A stretch of DNA of 64,000 bases from the human T2T-CHM13v2.0 reference genome, Homo sapiens: assembly GCF_009914755.1 (NCBI RefSeq), contig NC_060930.1; one strand, written 5' to 3'. Shown here one piece after another: positions 1 through 12,269 of the stretch; within the stretch, counting starts at the first letter, position 1, and every line of letters begins with the position of its first letter. The notes below the pieces were generated by a model. That model had not been told where the DNA came from and did no database searches. It saw only the letters and a program-made list of their open reading frames with translations. The position numbers and the translations under genes are program-made.

Positions 1-1244
1 AAAAAAAAAAAAGGCAGGGTAGTGAGGGAGAAGAGTAATGGGAATGGGGCAATGAAGAAGAAAAAGGAAATAAAACAGAGGGAAAAGTCTTTGGCTTAGG
101 TACTAAGCATGGATGTGGTTCTGTAGATTGCTCTGGAGGACTCTGCTCAGGTAATTTTCTTCATAGGGGATTGCTTTCCCCTTTTGAGAGTGGTGTTCAA
201 ATAAGATCTTCATGGAGGAGAAATTTGTCAGAAAACACCTTCTCACATAGCAAAAATAAGGTTTTCTTCTTTTTTTTTTTAATTTTTTTAAGAGACAGCA
301 TTGCTATCAGTGGTGACAGCTCCCCGGTGGATGCGGGGCCTGCCATACATAACCTCCCTCTGGACTCCACCTTGACTTCCTGGTCTGCTGCTTAAGCATA
401 AGGCAAGCTGATGTGTGGAGCAGGAAATGTGATGCTACCATCCTTCCTCCTCTGGGTGGAAAGTGGGAAATGGAAATCTATGAACCTGAAATAGGTCATC
501 TGTGGATTTAGGTGATAGACCCATAAGCGAGAAAGCAACTAAAAGGTCTGCGAAAACTTGACCCCCCTTTCACAAATGCCAGAGAAACTTCATCCTACAG
601 GGAGGCTGCCACCAGGATTATTAAATGGCTTTGCCTGTGCTCTTTGCTTCTGTGGCAGAAATGTTACTTGCTTTGTAAAATAAGAAATATGGCTTGCTTT
701 CCTTGATGTTTGAATAATTCTGCATTATCCAAATAATACCTACTAATATATAGCAGTGTATCTTTTAAGTGGACTTGCTTGGAGTTTGTTGAAGGCTCCA
801 CTCATCACCCCCTTTCACCATCTAAGGAGCCAGATGAAGAGGACATCATGCTAGGGCAAAAGAACTGAAATATCAATACGATTCAACAACCCACAAGGGC
901 ACACATACTAAATCATGAAATATTCAAGGGTATATTTCTCATGTTTGTAAACGTTTTTTGGTTCAAGATATATAAGACAAAATCTATGTCCTCCATATTG
1001 CACAGGTATGCACAAATATGACCTTTGGTTGGACCTAGAGACTATTGTCTCTAGGATACCCCTCTGTCTACTATGAAGAATGAACCTTTCACTTGCAAAA
1101 CAACTTACTCAACACTGAAAAAGGGACCATGTTATTAATCTTCTAGATATTTATTGATTACCTGGAATGTGCAAAATATTCACATTTAATGTCACAGAGC
1201 TAGCAATCTAGCTAGGGAGGTAGGTCTACAGATATACCTAATAA

Positions 1245-1500
1245 TAATAATAATAATAGCTAACATTTGCTAAGAGAATATTCCAGGCACTAAGCTTTAT
1301 ATACATGACTCTCAGTCTCACATAATTCCTACAACCCTGAAAATACAATTTACCTCTGTAAATAAAATTATTACCATTTTACAGAAGAGGAAACCAAACT
1401 ACAAAGATTCAAATGACTTGCCCAAAGTCACACAGCTAAGAAATGGCAGAGTTGGGATTCAAACTCAGGCAGGCTGGCTCTAGGGTCTAGCCTATTTATA
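1245..1500 (-). mobile_element. MIR SINE
   Basis: Antisense MIR core 'cattttacagaagaggaaac...atgacttgcccaaagtcacacagcta...ggcagagttgggattcaaactcagg', preceded by a (TAA)n tail. Confidence 0.85.
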
Positions 1501-3199
1501 CATCACTCTATAGCCTCTAGATAGGATGAAATGGGTATTTTGATTTAAAAGAATTTTTTAAGGTAAAGTTATTGTCAAACAGAAAATTGCTGCTTGTCTA
1601 TTTTATTATTATTTTATTGTCAAAATGGGAGAGGAGTTAAGCTAACACTAAACAGGTAAGAGGATGACTAAGCAAAGAAGTGAGGATAGGGAGCACTTTG
1701 GAAGGGAAGGTGCTAAATCTCAGCGGCAAAAACAAGGTAAGTAGGATCAAGAAACTGCAAGGAGATTTAGGGTCTACAAGAGGGTTAGAGGGCCTCAAAG
1801 TGGCACCAGCCAGCATTGGGGAGTTGACGAAACAGGGGACAAATCAGGCCAGACCAAACATGGATAAGGAGTTTGGCATTTCATGTCATATCCTCTGTGT
1901 TTAAAAATGTAGTCAAACACCAGGATTGACAGTATATTTTAACCCCAAACCATCTAAGTAGGATACTCACTCTTCAAATTGTCAACTTTAAGGAGACAGT
2001 GGTTGTCAGCACAGCATGACTGGGGAGGGTGGTAGGGAGCAGGCATAATGGGGAAATTTTCTTTTTTAATAGTCAGAACTTTGAATTCTAAAATCAAAGC
2101 CATGATTCAATTTATTGTGTGAAAGTTTGACAATATACGATATTCGCCAACATTGAAAGTAAAATCTTTGCCCACTACACCCATTACCCTGTGACCCCAG
2201 GGCTCAAATATTTTAGATTCACTGAGACAGAAGCCCTTCATTTGTAAAATGGCCTATCATCTTCACCACCAATGGTCGCTAAATTAACTAAGTGTGACTC
2301 AACTAAAGAAGGTCTTCGCATCGTCTTCAAACAGCCACACTGTTTCAGATCTAATCTCTTGGATTAGAAATGAAATGCAGCCCTTTGATTTGTACCCTTC
2401 CTCCCTGCTTATGTGAGAATGCAGGATGAGTGGAACAGTTTACAGACACCAATCCCCACTGAAACATATAACCTGACAGCCTCCTCATCTGTCTACTGTT
2501 TTCAGTTACCATTCCTTCTCTAGAAACACCACTTGGAAAACCCAGGGACAATCCTTAAGTACTGACAGCACCCCCTCCTTCACTAAATCTACCCTCAGAT
2601 TAATTGGCACTGATACAAGCCATTCACAGCTGTATACAAGATGTTAAGGAGTGCAGTGGAGGGGGTGGTTATGATTGTCTGCACACTGTCATTGCGTTGT
2701 AAGAACAGATCTGTCCCCTTCAGAAATGGCAGGATAATAGAATGTAGTAGAGCGTCTTGGCAATCAATGCCATCATGGAAATAAGAGCACATCTCAGTGA
2801 CAAAAATAAAGATGGAATGTACAAAGCCCTCTCTCTCTTCATTAGAACTCTCAAGAGCAGCTCATTACTTTAACCTTTCCACCTTCACTGGATGCACAAT
2901 TAGAAACATGCATTTCCATGGGCACTAAACCCACTCACTTGCTCACTCTGCCCTCATTAGGCTTCAGTGGGGCCCAATTAGCTGGATGGTCATAAACAAA
3001 AGTTTGTGACTTGAAAAAACAGAAAGAGAACATTCTTGGAGCCAAAAGAGAATAAAGAAAATCCTGCACACCCCATCTGATTAATTATCTGAAATCTACA
3101 GAGTTTTATATTTGACATGAGCCTACACTTTTTGTTTTGATAGAAAAAACTTATGGTGGAAACATTGAGTTCTCCTATGGCAGACATCCTTATTTGCTC

Positions 3200-3420
3200 A
3201 GGTCACAGAATATTTACTAAAATTGAGTCAACCTTTTAAAATAAAGAAATTTTGCAAATTGTCTGCATCCTTTGAAAAGAAGTCAGAAAGTTTAGCAACA
3301 GTGGGTCTACTTTCCCGTATGGTCACACGGCTGAAGATGAGTAGTGTCTGCCGTACACAGTGAATATGTGTTCCACATCACTTCCCTCCCAGCTGTCTCT
3401 GCTTGCCTCACCTCCTGAGC
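3200..3420. mobile_element. Ancient ERVL-class LTR fragment (LTR33-like)
   Basis: 'tttgaaaagaagtcagaaagtttagcaacagtgggtctactttcccgtatggtcacacggctgaagatgagtagtgtctgcc' resembles the recalled LTR33 consensus. Confidence 0.45.
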
Positions 3421-3464
3421 CAGCCTCACTTCTCTTGTTCACAGCACACACCTTGTAGTTACGG

Positions 3465-3675
3465 GGTGAACTCAAAGCTCTACAACTTACCAGCTTGGAC
3501 AGGTTATTTAATTAAACTCTCTGTCCCTCAGTTTCTTTTCCTTTCTTTTTTTAATATAAAATGGGGTTATAGTATCCACCCACTGGTTTGCTGTGAGAAT
3601 TAAATGAGCTAAAACTTGTAAATTGTTTAAAATTATGCCTGACATATAAGTACTTGATAAGTTTAGTCATTACTG
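3465..3675 (+). mobile_element. MIR SINE
   Basis: 'ctctctgtccctcagtttc...taaaatgggg...gctgtgagaattaaatgagctaa...tgcctgacatataagtacttgataa'. Confidence 0.8.
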
Positions 3676-3682
3676 GTCTCTA

Positions 3683-3715
3683 CCATCATCATCATCATTA
3701 TCATCATCATCATCA
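3683..3715. repeat. (CAT)n microsatellite
   Basis: Interrupted catcatcat run at the MIR tail. Confidence 0.9.
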
Positions 3716-4414
3716 ACACCACCTGCCTAGAGAACATAACCCAGTTGGGTTTCTTCATTCTTCCAGTGGAGTGGTGAATGCAATGTAATTACCACCAGGA
3801 ACACAGTCTATAATAAAGATGGTCTGGGAACAATTTTTATCTAGAACACCATGCCAATAATCTTTATTACAATTCTATGGTGAGGCAAACAATGGACTAG
3901 ACAAAGAGAAGGCAAAATATCAGAAACAAAAAGTAATCATTGCCCAACCCTGATAACCTCAAAGTGTGTGAAGGAAGGCATCAGCAGTATATGATGGAGG
4001 TGTTATGGAGGAAATAGATGAACACAATACTGAAAGGAGGAACAACAGCAGAGCAATGGCCCCATAGGTGCCTGGGAGAGAAAGGCAATTTGTTTTGAGG
4101 AGCTTTCAGGCCTAGATCCTAATTCATTTCTCCCCAGTACCTTAGTGAGAATTTGACTATGTGAACAGGAATTTGGGTTTGCTCCAGTAGAGGCTAATCA
4201 CATTCCCAGACCCAATTGCATCAACAGTATCCTTTCCAGTAGCCTTCACCGGCTCTGAAGTAATAGAAGAGGATAAAGAAGCACCTCACTGACGTGCACA
4301 TACGACAGGCGTGTTTTTGTTTGATTGCTCAACTACATTTTTCCTTTTGTCTTAATTTATTCAGATTGTTGGTTAATATCACACTACAGAATACCTTCTA
4401 ATTAAGATTCTCTA

Positions 4415-4618
4415 TCAGGTTCAGTAACCACTACTACTTTCAGGGGCATTTGAAAAAGGGTGGGTGTGCTCTGGTTGTCCCAGTGATGGGTGTATGCTAC
4501 TGGTAGTTAGTGGGTAGGGGCCAAGGATGCTAAATGTCCGATTGATGACAGGGAGACTCAGGCAGAACCAACTAGTGTTCATCCCAAAAGGCTGGGAGCA
4601 ATCTCATTGAAAAACACC
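4415..4618 (+). mobile_element. MER20B-like hAT-Charlie DNA transposon
   Basis: 'ggggcatttg...ggttgtcccagtgatggg...tgctactggtagttagtgggtaggggccaaggatgctaaatgtcc...ttgaaaaacac'. Confidence 0.6.
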
Positions 4619-4929
4619 AAATGATTCATTATTATTCCTGTTCAATTAGAGCATGAGTAAAATTTTCCCCAAAGCACAAGTGCATTCTGATAGACTGATC
4701 AGTTCACAATTGACCTCAGTCCCAAACACCAGTGTTAGAAAGTAGTTCAGTTGAATTTTCACTGAGAAGGAATATCAGTAGTGACAACAGCAGCATCTAT
4801 TCCAGATACCCCCTAGAATTTTTGTTCTTCCTTTGACACTTCTAGAATTAGCCCACATGATTTCAAAGTCTCTTCCAAGACTCTAATTCCCCCTTTTCAG
4901 GGAGATTAAGACCAAAACCCTAGTATGTT

Positions 4930-5550
4930 CTAGCTCCTATCCTGGGTGTGAAGAATATGCCTTAGTACACCAGACAGAAAAGGTTTATGTTCTTATCAGT
5001 CTTCTATCCTTGAAAGAGGAGACAAACAATATACTAGTAAATAAATAATGAAAAAGATCATTTTCAGTGATGAGAAGAGGCATGAGTACAATGAAAGATG
5101 GTGCTGTGATGGTATGTGGTTGGTTAGGACTCCCTTGATGGAACACAGAAGATTCTGTGGGGCTGATTCCTGGCTGACAAGAATGAATTCAGCATATGAA
5201 GATGGGGCATGATGGGTAGAGTGTCCCAGGCAGAGAGTATAACAAGAACAAAAACCTTAGGGCAAGATGAAGCAGACATGTTTCAGGAAGAAAAAGAATT
5301 CAATGTGGCTGAACTAGAGGGAAACGAGTTGGAGAGGTAAGTTGGTACTAGTTCAAGAAGGTCATCTGAGATTGCAGAGAACCATCTGGATTTTATTCAA
5401 GATGCAGTGGGAAGCCACTGAGGAGTTTTAACCAGTGAAATGATAGGTTCAAATGCACATTTTAGAAAGAGAACCTCAGCTGCTGTGTGGAGAATGGATT
5501 GTAGGGACAAGAGTATAAGCAGGGATATCAGCTAAAAGGCTGTTGGACAA
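4930..5550 (-). mobile_element. L2 LINE fragment
   Basis: Typical antisense L2 text: 'gtgtcccaggcagagag', 'ggattttattcaagatgcagtgggaagccactgaggagttttaa', 'ttttagaaagagaacctcagctgctgtgtggagaatggattgtagg'. Confidence 0.8.
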
Positions 5551-6223
5551 AAATTTGGAATAACTGGCTCCTAAAATCCCTTTCAATCCAAAAATTCCTT
5601 CTTTGGTCCTATGGTTCATAAGAGGCCATGAATACAAGACAGAGCCCAGAAAACAGAGGGTTGGTGTAACATGAAGCTAAGGCCCATTTGCTAGCAGGAT
5701 CATGTTTCATCAAAGATAACAGTTCTCTAGGGCTACCACAAGGACTCTGCAGTTTTAGACTCTCACGCCCTGAAATCTTGCTAGAGTTTTGTGGCAAAGA
5801 ACCCATAATGGTACTAGTGTACCAGTTGTAAGGGTTTGAAACCAAAAGTCCTCTACATAGGATGTTTAAACCACAAATATTTCTAATTACTTATATTAGA
5901 CACAAAATGTAGAAGGTATTGATTTTTCCTCCATTGTTATTGTTAAGCAATTTGCTTTCTCAAAGTCCTCCTGTAACTGTAAATTCAAATAAGAAATACA
6001 TTTTATAATGTGCCCTGTCTCCCACCTCCTTCCAGAAGGAGAAGATCCACACTACCAAGAAATGGCGACTGTCAACTATTATTGCCCTGGGATCACAGCT
6101 ACTCATATTAGAGTTAAAAGGACTGTGAGGGACAACCATGTTTGACTCCTCTGATAAACAGAAGTTGGCTTCCTCAGGGTACCTTCCTAAACTTAGAACT
6201 TTCTTCCATGTGGATATTTGAAT

Positions 6224-7055
6224 ATTACAAATTGTCTAGAAGCCTTCCCCTGCAAGACAGAGAAGGCTTAGGAAGTGGTTAAAGTCCTAATTCATGAAAT
6301 AATTCCTAGATTTGGGCTTCCCCAAAGCTTACAAAGTGACAATGGTCCAGCTTTTAAAGACCTGGTAACTCAGAATTTCCAGGGTGCTAGGGATACAATA
6401 TCACCTTCACTGTGTCTGCAGGCCACAATCCTCAGGAAAGGTTGAGAAGGCAAATGAAACACACAAGAGGCACTTAAGGAAATTAACAAAAGAAACTTGT
6501 CTCCATGGCCTACTGTCTTGCCCATGGCCTTGTTGAGAATACGAAATTCTCCTCACAAAATGGGGCTTAGTCCATATGAAATGCTGTGTGGATGACCTTT
6601 TCTCACAAATGACCTCCTACTTGATCAGGAAACAGCCAACTTGGTCAAAGATATAACTTCTTTGGCAAAATATTAACAAAACCTTAAAAACCTACCCAAA
6701 GGATGTCACAGAGACGAGGGAACAAAGTTGTTCCAACCAGAAGATCTAGTGTTGGTCAAGTTCCTCCCCATCTATGGGTTCCTTGTGGGAAGGACCATAC
6801 TCAGTAATCCTCTCTACCCCCACTTCAGTTAAGGTGGCAGGAGTGGAATCTTGGATTCACCACACCGGAGCTAAACTTTGGACAACCCCTGAGGAACCTG
6901 TGGGACTGTCAGCTCAGGAGCCCCAAGATCAGCCAGATCAGCCTCGATATACCTGTGAACCACTGGAGGACTTGCATCTCCTATTTTGGAAGGAAACATC
7001 CCAGACTAAAAAGGCTCCTACAGCTGATCCTGAGGAAAAACCCCTTCCTAATTAA
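6224..7055 (+). pseudogene. ERV pol integrase remnant (disrupted)
   Basis: Translates as [38 protein letters not shown], then RPQSSGKVEKANE (catalytic D and E regions). ORF 6774-7055 carries the GPY/F module WEGPYSVILSTPTSVKVAGVESWIHHT. Stops and frameshifts present. Confidence 0.9.
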
Positions 7056-7283
7056 AAAAGATAAGTGAAAACCTACATAATCTTTAACACCTCTCCTTGC
7101 CCATTTAATGGAATCCTTTTACTGTTTCATCACATTATTAAGCAGCATACTAACCATACTCTTTGCAGTAGGACTATATCTGTACCTCCTGCCAGGACAA
7201 AAGTCTTAATCACATCAACCTTTTTTCTATCATCCTTCCTTCTGACAGCAATTTACTCCTACCTTTAACTCAGACTGGATAAA

Positions 7284-9019
7284 ATGATCTCATCTTCCAG
7301 GGCACTCTCTTTACCTTCCTACTTACTCTTTGCCTATCTATCCCTCCTGATTCCTTGGATACCCTACATAGTCACCCATCCCTTTCCACTAGCTCCTAAT
7401 TACCTCTACGAGACTCTCAATTTAACCTACTCTCTGTTAAGCCAGTTCAGTCCTTCCCTGGCAAATGACTGTTGGCTTTGTACCTCTCTATCAACCACTG
7501 CTTACGTTGCCACTCCCATTCCCGCAAAACTGGGTCTTTATTAACTTAACCTACCACTCCTGTTAAGAAGGAAAAGACCCTTTCCAACTTCTAAATATGC
7601 AATCATTAGCTGACTTCCCCATCTCTGATAGGACCAAAAATACCCTAATAGGACATGCAATCCAGCTTTTACGCTCTTACATTTCCAACCTCACCTATTA
7701 CACGAGCAATGAAAAGCCCATACACGGCCCTGTAACCACGAACGCCATCTTAAATTTCCAGGCACCTTTATGCATCCAACGCAACCTGTTATCAGGCCTG
7801 CCCCTGGGGCACCTATTATCCCATCAGTGTAATTACACCCTACAACTTCAAGCCCCAACTGATCATAGTAACTTCCAAGTCACCCAAACAGCTCCATTCA
7901 GATGGCCTATCCACTTCTCAGGGCCCCCAGAAATCATTACCTCCTCCCTGCTCAACAAAGAGTCCGGGTTTTGTAATGGCAAACATACTCCCTGCATGAC
8001 CATTCACCCCAGACCCCCTGCAGCAGTGCCCCTTATCATCCGGTCTTTCAATGAATGAATGCCTTATCATCCCCTCTTTCAATTACTCTCTTGAATGGTT
8101 CCTACTAGACACAAAACGATTTTTTCTCCAATGGGAAAATAGAACACAGGGAGCCACTCAGTTTGCTCCCAACACCCCTTTCCAGCTGCTCACAGGAACT
8201 ACCTTGGCAAGTACTATAGGAGTATGGGAAAATAAAAACAAAAAACTCATACACCTTTTTAACATACACAACTGATTCTATCTACCCAGCCAAGGCATAT
8301 TATTCTTATGTGGAACTTCAAACTATATCTGCCTCCCCATGAACTGGACAGGCACCTGGACCTTAGTCCTTCTAAGTCCCAACATTAACATTGCCCCAGG
8401 ACATCAGACACTATCAGTACCCCTCAAAGCTCAAGTCCATCAGCGCAGGGCTATACAACTAATACCCCTACTTATGGGGTTAGGAATAGCAACTGCTACA
8501 TGAACTGGAATAGCCAGTTTATCTACTTGATTATCCTACTACCACACACTCTCAAAGGATTTCTCAGAGAGTTGGCAAGAAATAACAAGATCTATCCTTA
8601 CTCTACAATCCCAAATAGACTCTTTGGCAGCAGTGACTCTCCAAAACCGCCAAGGCCTAGACCTCCTCACTGCTGAGAAAGGAAGACTCTGCACCTTCTT
8701 AGGGGAAGAATGTTATTTTTACTCTAACCAGTCAGGGATAGTACAAGACACTGCCCAGAGTTTACAGGAAAAGGCTTCTGAAATCAGACAATGCCTTTCA
8801 AACTCTTATACCCACCTCTGGAGTTGGACGACATGGCTTCTCCCCTTTCTAGGTCCCATGACAGCCATCTTGCTATTATTCGCTTTTGGGTCCTGTATTT
8901 TTAACCTCCTTGTCAAATTTGTTTCCTCCAGGATTGAGGCCATCAAGCTACAGATGGTCTTACAAATGAAATCCCAAATGAGCTCAACTCACAACTTCTA
9001 CCGAGGACCCCTGGACTGA
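7284..9019 (+). pseudogene. ERV env remnant (SU+TM), multiply disrupted
   Basis: Hydrophobic signal-like N-terminus and CWLC motif (7284-7544), SU pieces 7597-8275, cleavage/fusion region HQRR|AIQLIPLLMGLGI at 8438-8490, immunosuppressive domain LQNRQGLDLLTAEKGRLC, degenerate CX6CC (CTFLGEECY) and TM helix (8624-9019). In-frame TGA at 8273, 8501 and 8528. Confidence 0.92.
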
Positions 9020-9165
9020 CCCACAGGCTCTCTGACTGGCCTAGAGAGTTCCCCTCTGAAGGACACTACAACTGCAAGTCCCCTTCTTCGCCCCTATCCA
9101 GCAATAATTAGCTAGAGTGGTCATCACCCAGTTCCCAATAGCAATGTCCTATTTAGTGGGGGGAT

Positions 9166-9609
9166 TGAGAGGTGAGGCCAGCTGGGCTTCCTGGGTCCAG
9201 TGGGGACTTGGGGAACTTTTCTGTCTTACAAGAGGATTGTAAAATGCACCAATCAGGAACTTTCCTGTTTGACAAGAGTATTGTAAAACACACCAATCAG
9301 CAGGATTCCAAAAGTAGCCAAATGCTGGGAGGATTGGAAAAAAGGCACTCCGATAGGACAGAACTGGAACAAGGGAGGGGCCAATAAGGGAATAAAAGCT
9401 GGCCACCCCAGCCAGCAGTGGCAACCCACTTGGGTCACCTTCCACGCTGTGGAAGTTTTGTCCTTTCGCTCTTCACAATAAACCTGGTACCGCTCACTGT
9501 TTTGGTCCGTGCCATCTTTAAGAGCTGTAATGCTCACTGAGAAGGTCTGTGGCTCCATTCTTGAAGTCAGCAAGACCACAAGCCCACCGGCAGGAACCAA
9601 CTTCGAACA
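9166..9609 (+). mobile_element. 3' LTR, LTR12 family (short LTR12F-like)
   Basis: Follows PPT 'tagtggggggat'. Starts TGAGAGGTGAGGCCAGCTGGGCTTCC, has CACCAATCAG at 9247 and 9291, CCAAT plus AATAAAA TATA-like element at 9381-9397, AATAAA at 9477-9482, and ends ...GAACA. Confidence 0.85.
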
Positions 9610-9798
9610 TGGTTTCATAGTTTAAGGGCTTAAATTTACATCTTTGATCTATTTTGGTTTGATTTTTGTATATGGTGAGAGATTAGGGGTCCAATTTTAT
9701 TATTCTGCATGTAAATATTCAGTTTTACCAGCGTCATTTATTGAAGAAACTGTCCTTTCTCAATGTATGTTCTTGGCATGTTGAAAATGAGTTCATTG
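9610..9798 (-). mobile_element. Old L1M (L1MA-like) ORF2 fragment, left part of an element split by the L1PB
   Basis: Antisense L1 text 'tttgatttttgtatatggtgagaga...catttattgaagaaactgtcctttc' that resumes colinearly at 17122. Confidence 0.85.
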
Positions 9799-11183
9799 GG
9801 AGAAAACGTAGTGGAGGGAAACATACCAGGAAAGCTGAGATAATCCACAGACCCTTTGAAGGAAGTGGCTTTCCACTGCAAGCTCCATGAGACAGCTGAA
9901 AAACTGTGAGTACCCAAAGTATAAATGTGTGAAAGAAGGATCATATGCCCCCAAACACATATCCTCACTGGGGAACCCAAAGGTCCAGATCACAGAAGAA
10001 GGATTTGACCTTACCTGGCTGAGATAAATTTAGAGAGCTGAGTGAAACACAGTGGTACAGGAAGCAGCAGAAAGATTCCTGTGGGCACTCTTGGTTTCCA
10101 GGGAAGCCATTTTTGAGTTTGTCTCACAGGTATTCTTGGGGGAGGGGGACTGCCAGTGAAATTGGGGAAAGACCACAGGAAGAAGAAAACTACCAGCTGA
10201 ACTTTGTAATAATTTCAACTGAACACAAAGTTTCCTGAACAGAACCCAGGGGATAGGGCAAACTGGGAGTGTAGATAGGAGCACAGAAGCTTCAGTAGGC
10301 AAGGAGGCATGAAACCTGAAAGCCCTGCTTGCTTTCTCAGCAAGACGGCTGGTAGCCTGGGGCAAGTTGTCAGCCCTGACCACTGGCTGCCTGGAAATAA
10401 ACTCAATGCTATTTAGCGGGGCATGGTAGGAGACGAGTCATTTGGGCTGCGTGGGAGCTGGATGAGACCTGTAACTGCTGGATTTCCCCCACTTCCCTGG
10501 CAACCTACAGGATGCAGCAGAGGCCACCATAATCCCCCTGGGAACATAACTCCATTTGCCTGAAAGCCACATCCCCATCTCCCACAGCAGCCATACAAGC
10601 CCCGCCCAAGGACAGTCTGAACTCAGACACACCTAAACCTGCAGTCACCTGATGGTCTTTCTCTACCTGCCCTAGTAGCCAAAGACAAAGGACATAATCT
10701 CTTGGGAGATCTATGGTCCTGTGCATTGTCTGAGAAACTGGAATACTTTTCCAGGCAACCCTAGGGCAAGCTTATATCCTCCCTTTACTGCCACAGCTGA
10801 TGCTCTCTTGAAAGTGCCACCACCTGGCTGGAGACCAACCAACACAAAAATAGCACATTAAATGAAAATACAACCAAGGAATCCACTTTACTCCCCTGCT
10901 ACCTCCACAAAGCAGATGCTGGTATCCACAACTGAGAGACCTGAGGACAGATCACATCACAGGACTTCTTGCAGATGATCCTCAGTACCAGCCTAGAGCC
11001 TGGTAGCTCTGCTGGTTGTCTAGATCCCAATGAGAAATAACAATCACTGCAGTTCAGCCCTCAAGAACCCACATCCCTAGGGGAAGGGGGAGAGCCCCAC
11101 ATCAAGGGAGTATACCATGGGAAAAAAGAATCTGAACAGCAGCCATTGAGCCCCAGATCTTCCCTGTGACATAGTCTACCTAA

Positions 11184-12150
11184 ATGAAAAGGAACCAGGA
11201 AAACAATTCTAGTAATGTAACAAAATAGGGCAATTTAACACCCCCAAAAGATCATACTAGCACACCAGCAATGGATCCAAACCAAGACAAAATCACTGAA
11301 TTGTCAGAAAAAGAATTCAGAAAATCAAATATTAAGCTACTAAAGGAGGCACCAGAGAAAACTGAAAACCAACTTAAAGAAATTTTTTAAATTTATAGAA
11401 TATGAATGGAAGAATCTCCCGAGAAACAGATAACATAATTAAAAACCAATCACAAGTTCTGGAAATAAAGGACACACTTAGAGAAATGCAAACAATCTGG
11501 GAATTCTCACAATAGAATAAAACAAGTAGAAGAAAGAACTTCAGAGCTTGAAGACAAGGCTTTTGAATTAACCCAATCCAACAAAGACAAAGAGAAAAGA
11601 ATAAAAAGAAAATGAACAAAGAATCCAAGAAGTTTGGGATTATATTAAATGACCAAACCTAACAATAATTGGTGTTCTTAATGAAGAAGAGAAATCTAAA
11701 AATTTACAAAATGTATTTGAGGGAATAATCAAGGAAAACTGCCCTGCCCTTGCAAGAAATATAAACATCCAAATACAAGAAGCTCTAAGAACACCTGGGA
11801 AATTCATCACAAAAAAAGATCATTGCCTCAGCACATAGTCATCAGGTTGTCTAAAGTCAAGATGAAGGAAAGAATCTTAAGAACTGTGAGGCAAAAGCAT
11901 CAAGTAACCTATAAAGGAAAACCTATCAGATTAACAGCAGATTTCTGAGCGGAAACCCTATGAGCTAGAAGGGATTGGAGTTCTATCTTCAGCCTCATTA
12001 AATAAAGCAATTATCAGCAAAGAATTTTGTATCCAGTGAAACTAAGTTTCATAGATGAAGAAAAGACACAGTCTTTTACAGACAAACAAATGTTCAGAGT
12101 ATTTGCTACTACCAAGCCAGAAGTACAAGAACTGCTAAAACGAGCTGTAA
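11184..12150 (+). pseudogene. L1 ORF1p remnant
   Basis: 'atgaaaaggaaccaggaaaacaattc...', 'gaccaaacctaacaataattggtg', 'ggaaaacctatcagattaacagcagattt'. Many stops; boundaries approximate. Confidence 0.75.
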
Positions 12151-12269
12151 ATCTTCAAATAAATCCTCAAAATACACCAATAGAACCTCCTTAAAGCATA
12201 AATCTAACAGGACCTATAAAACAATAACACATTGCAAAAAAAAAAAGGTGTTTCAGCAACAAATAGCAC

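Larger units (their letters stand above)
6224..9609 (+). mobile_element. 5'-truncated HERV9-like (ERV1, gammaretrovirus-like) provirus: 3' pol, env, PPT and 3' LTR
   Basis: Colinear integrase, env, polypurine tract and LTR12-type LTR. No gag, pro, RT or 5' LTR is visible upstream. Confidence 0.9.

Noticed and set aside
7284-9019. Intact syncytin-like domesticated env gene
   Set aside because: Split over several frames with in-frame stops; furin site and CX6CC are degenerate.
6224-9609. L1-mediated processed retrocopy of ERV RNA as the cause of the 5' truncation
   Set aside because: The 3' LTR continues past its AATAAA through U5 to the terminal CA with no poly(A) tail, which indicates a proviral end.
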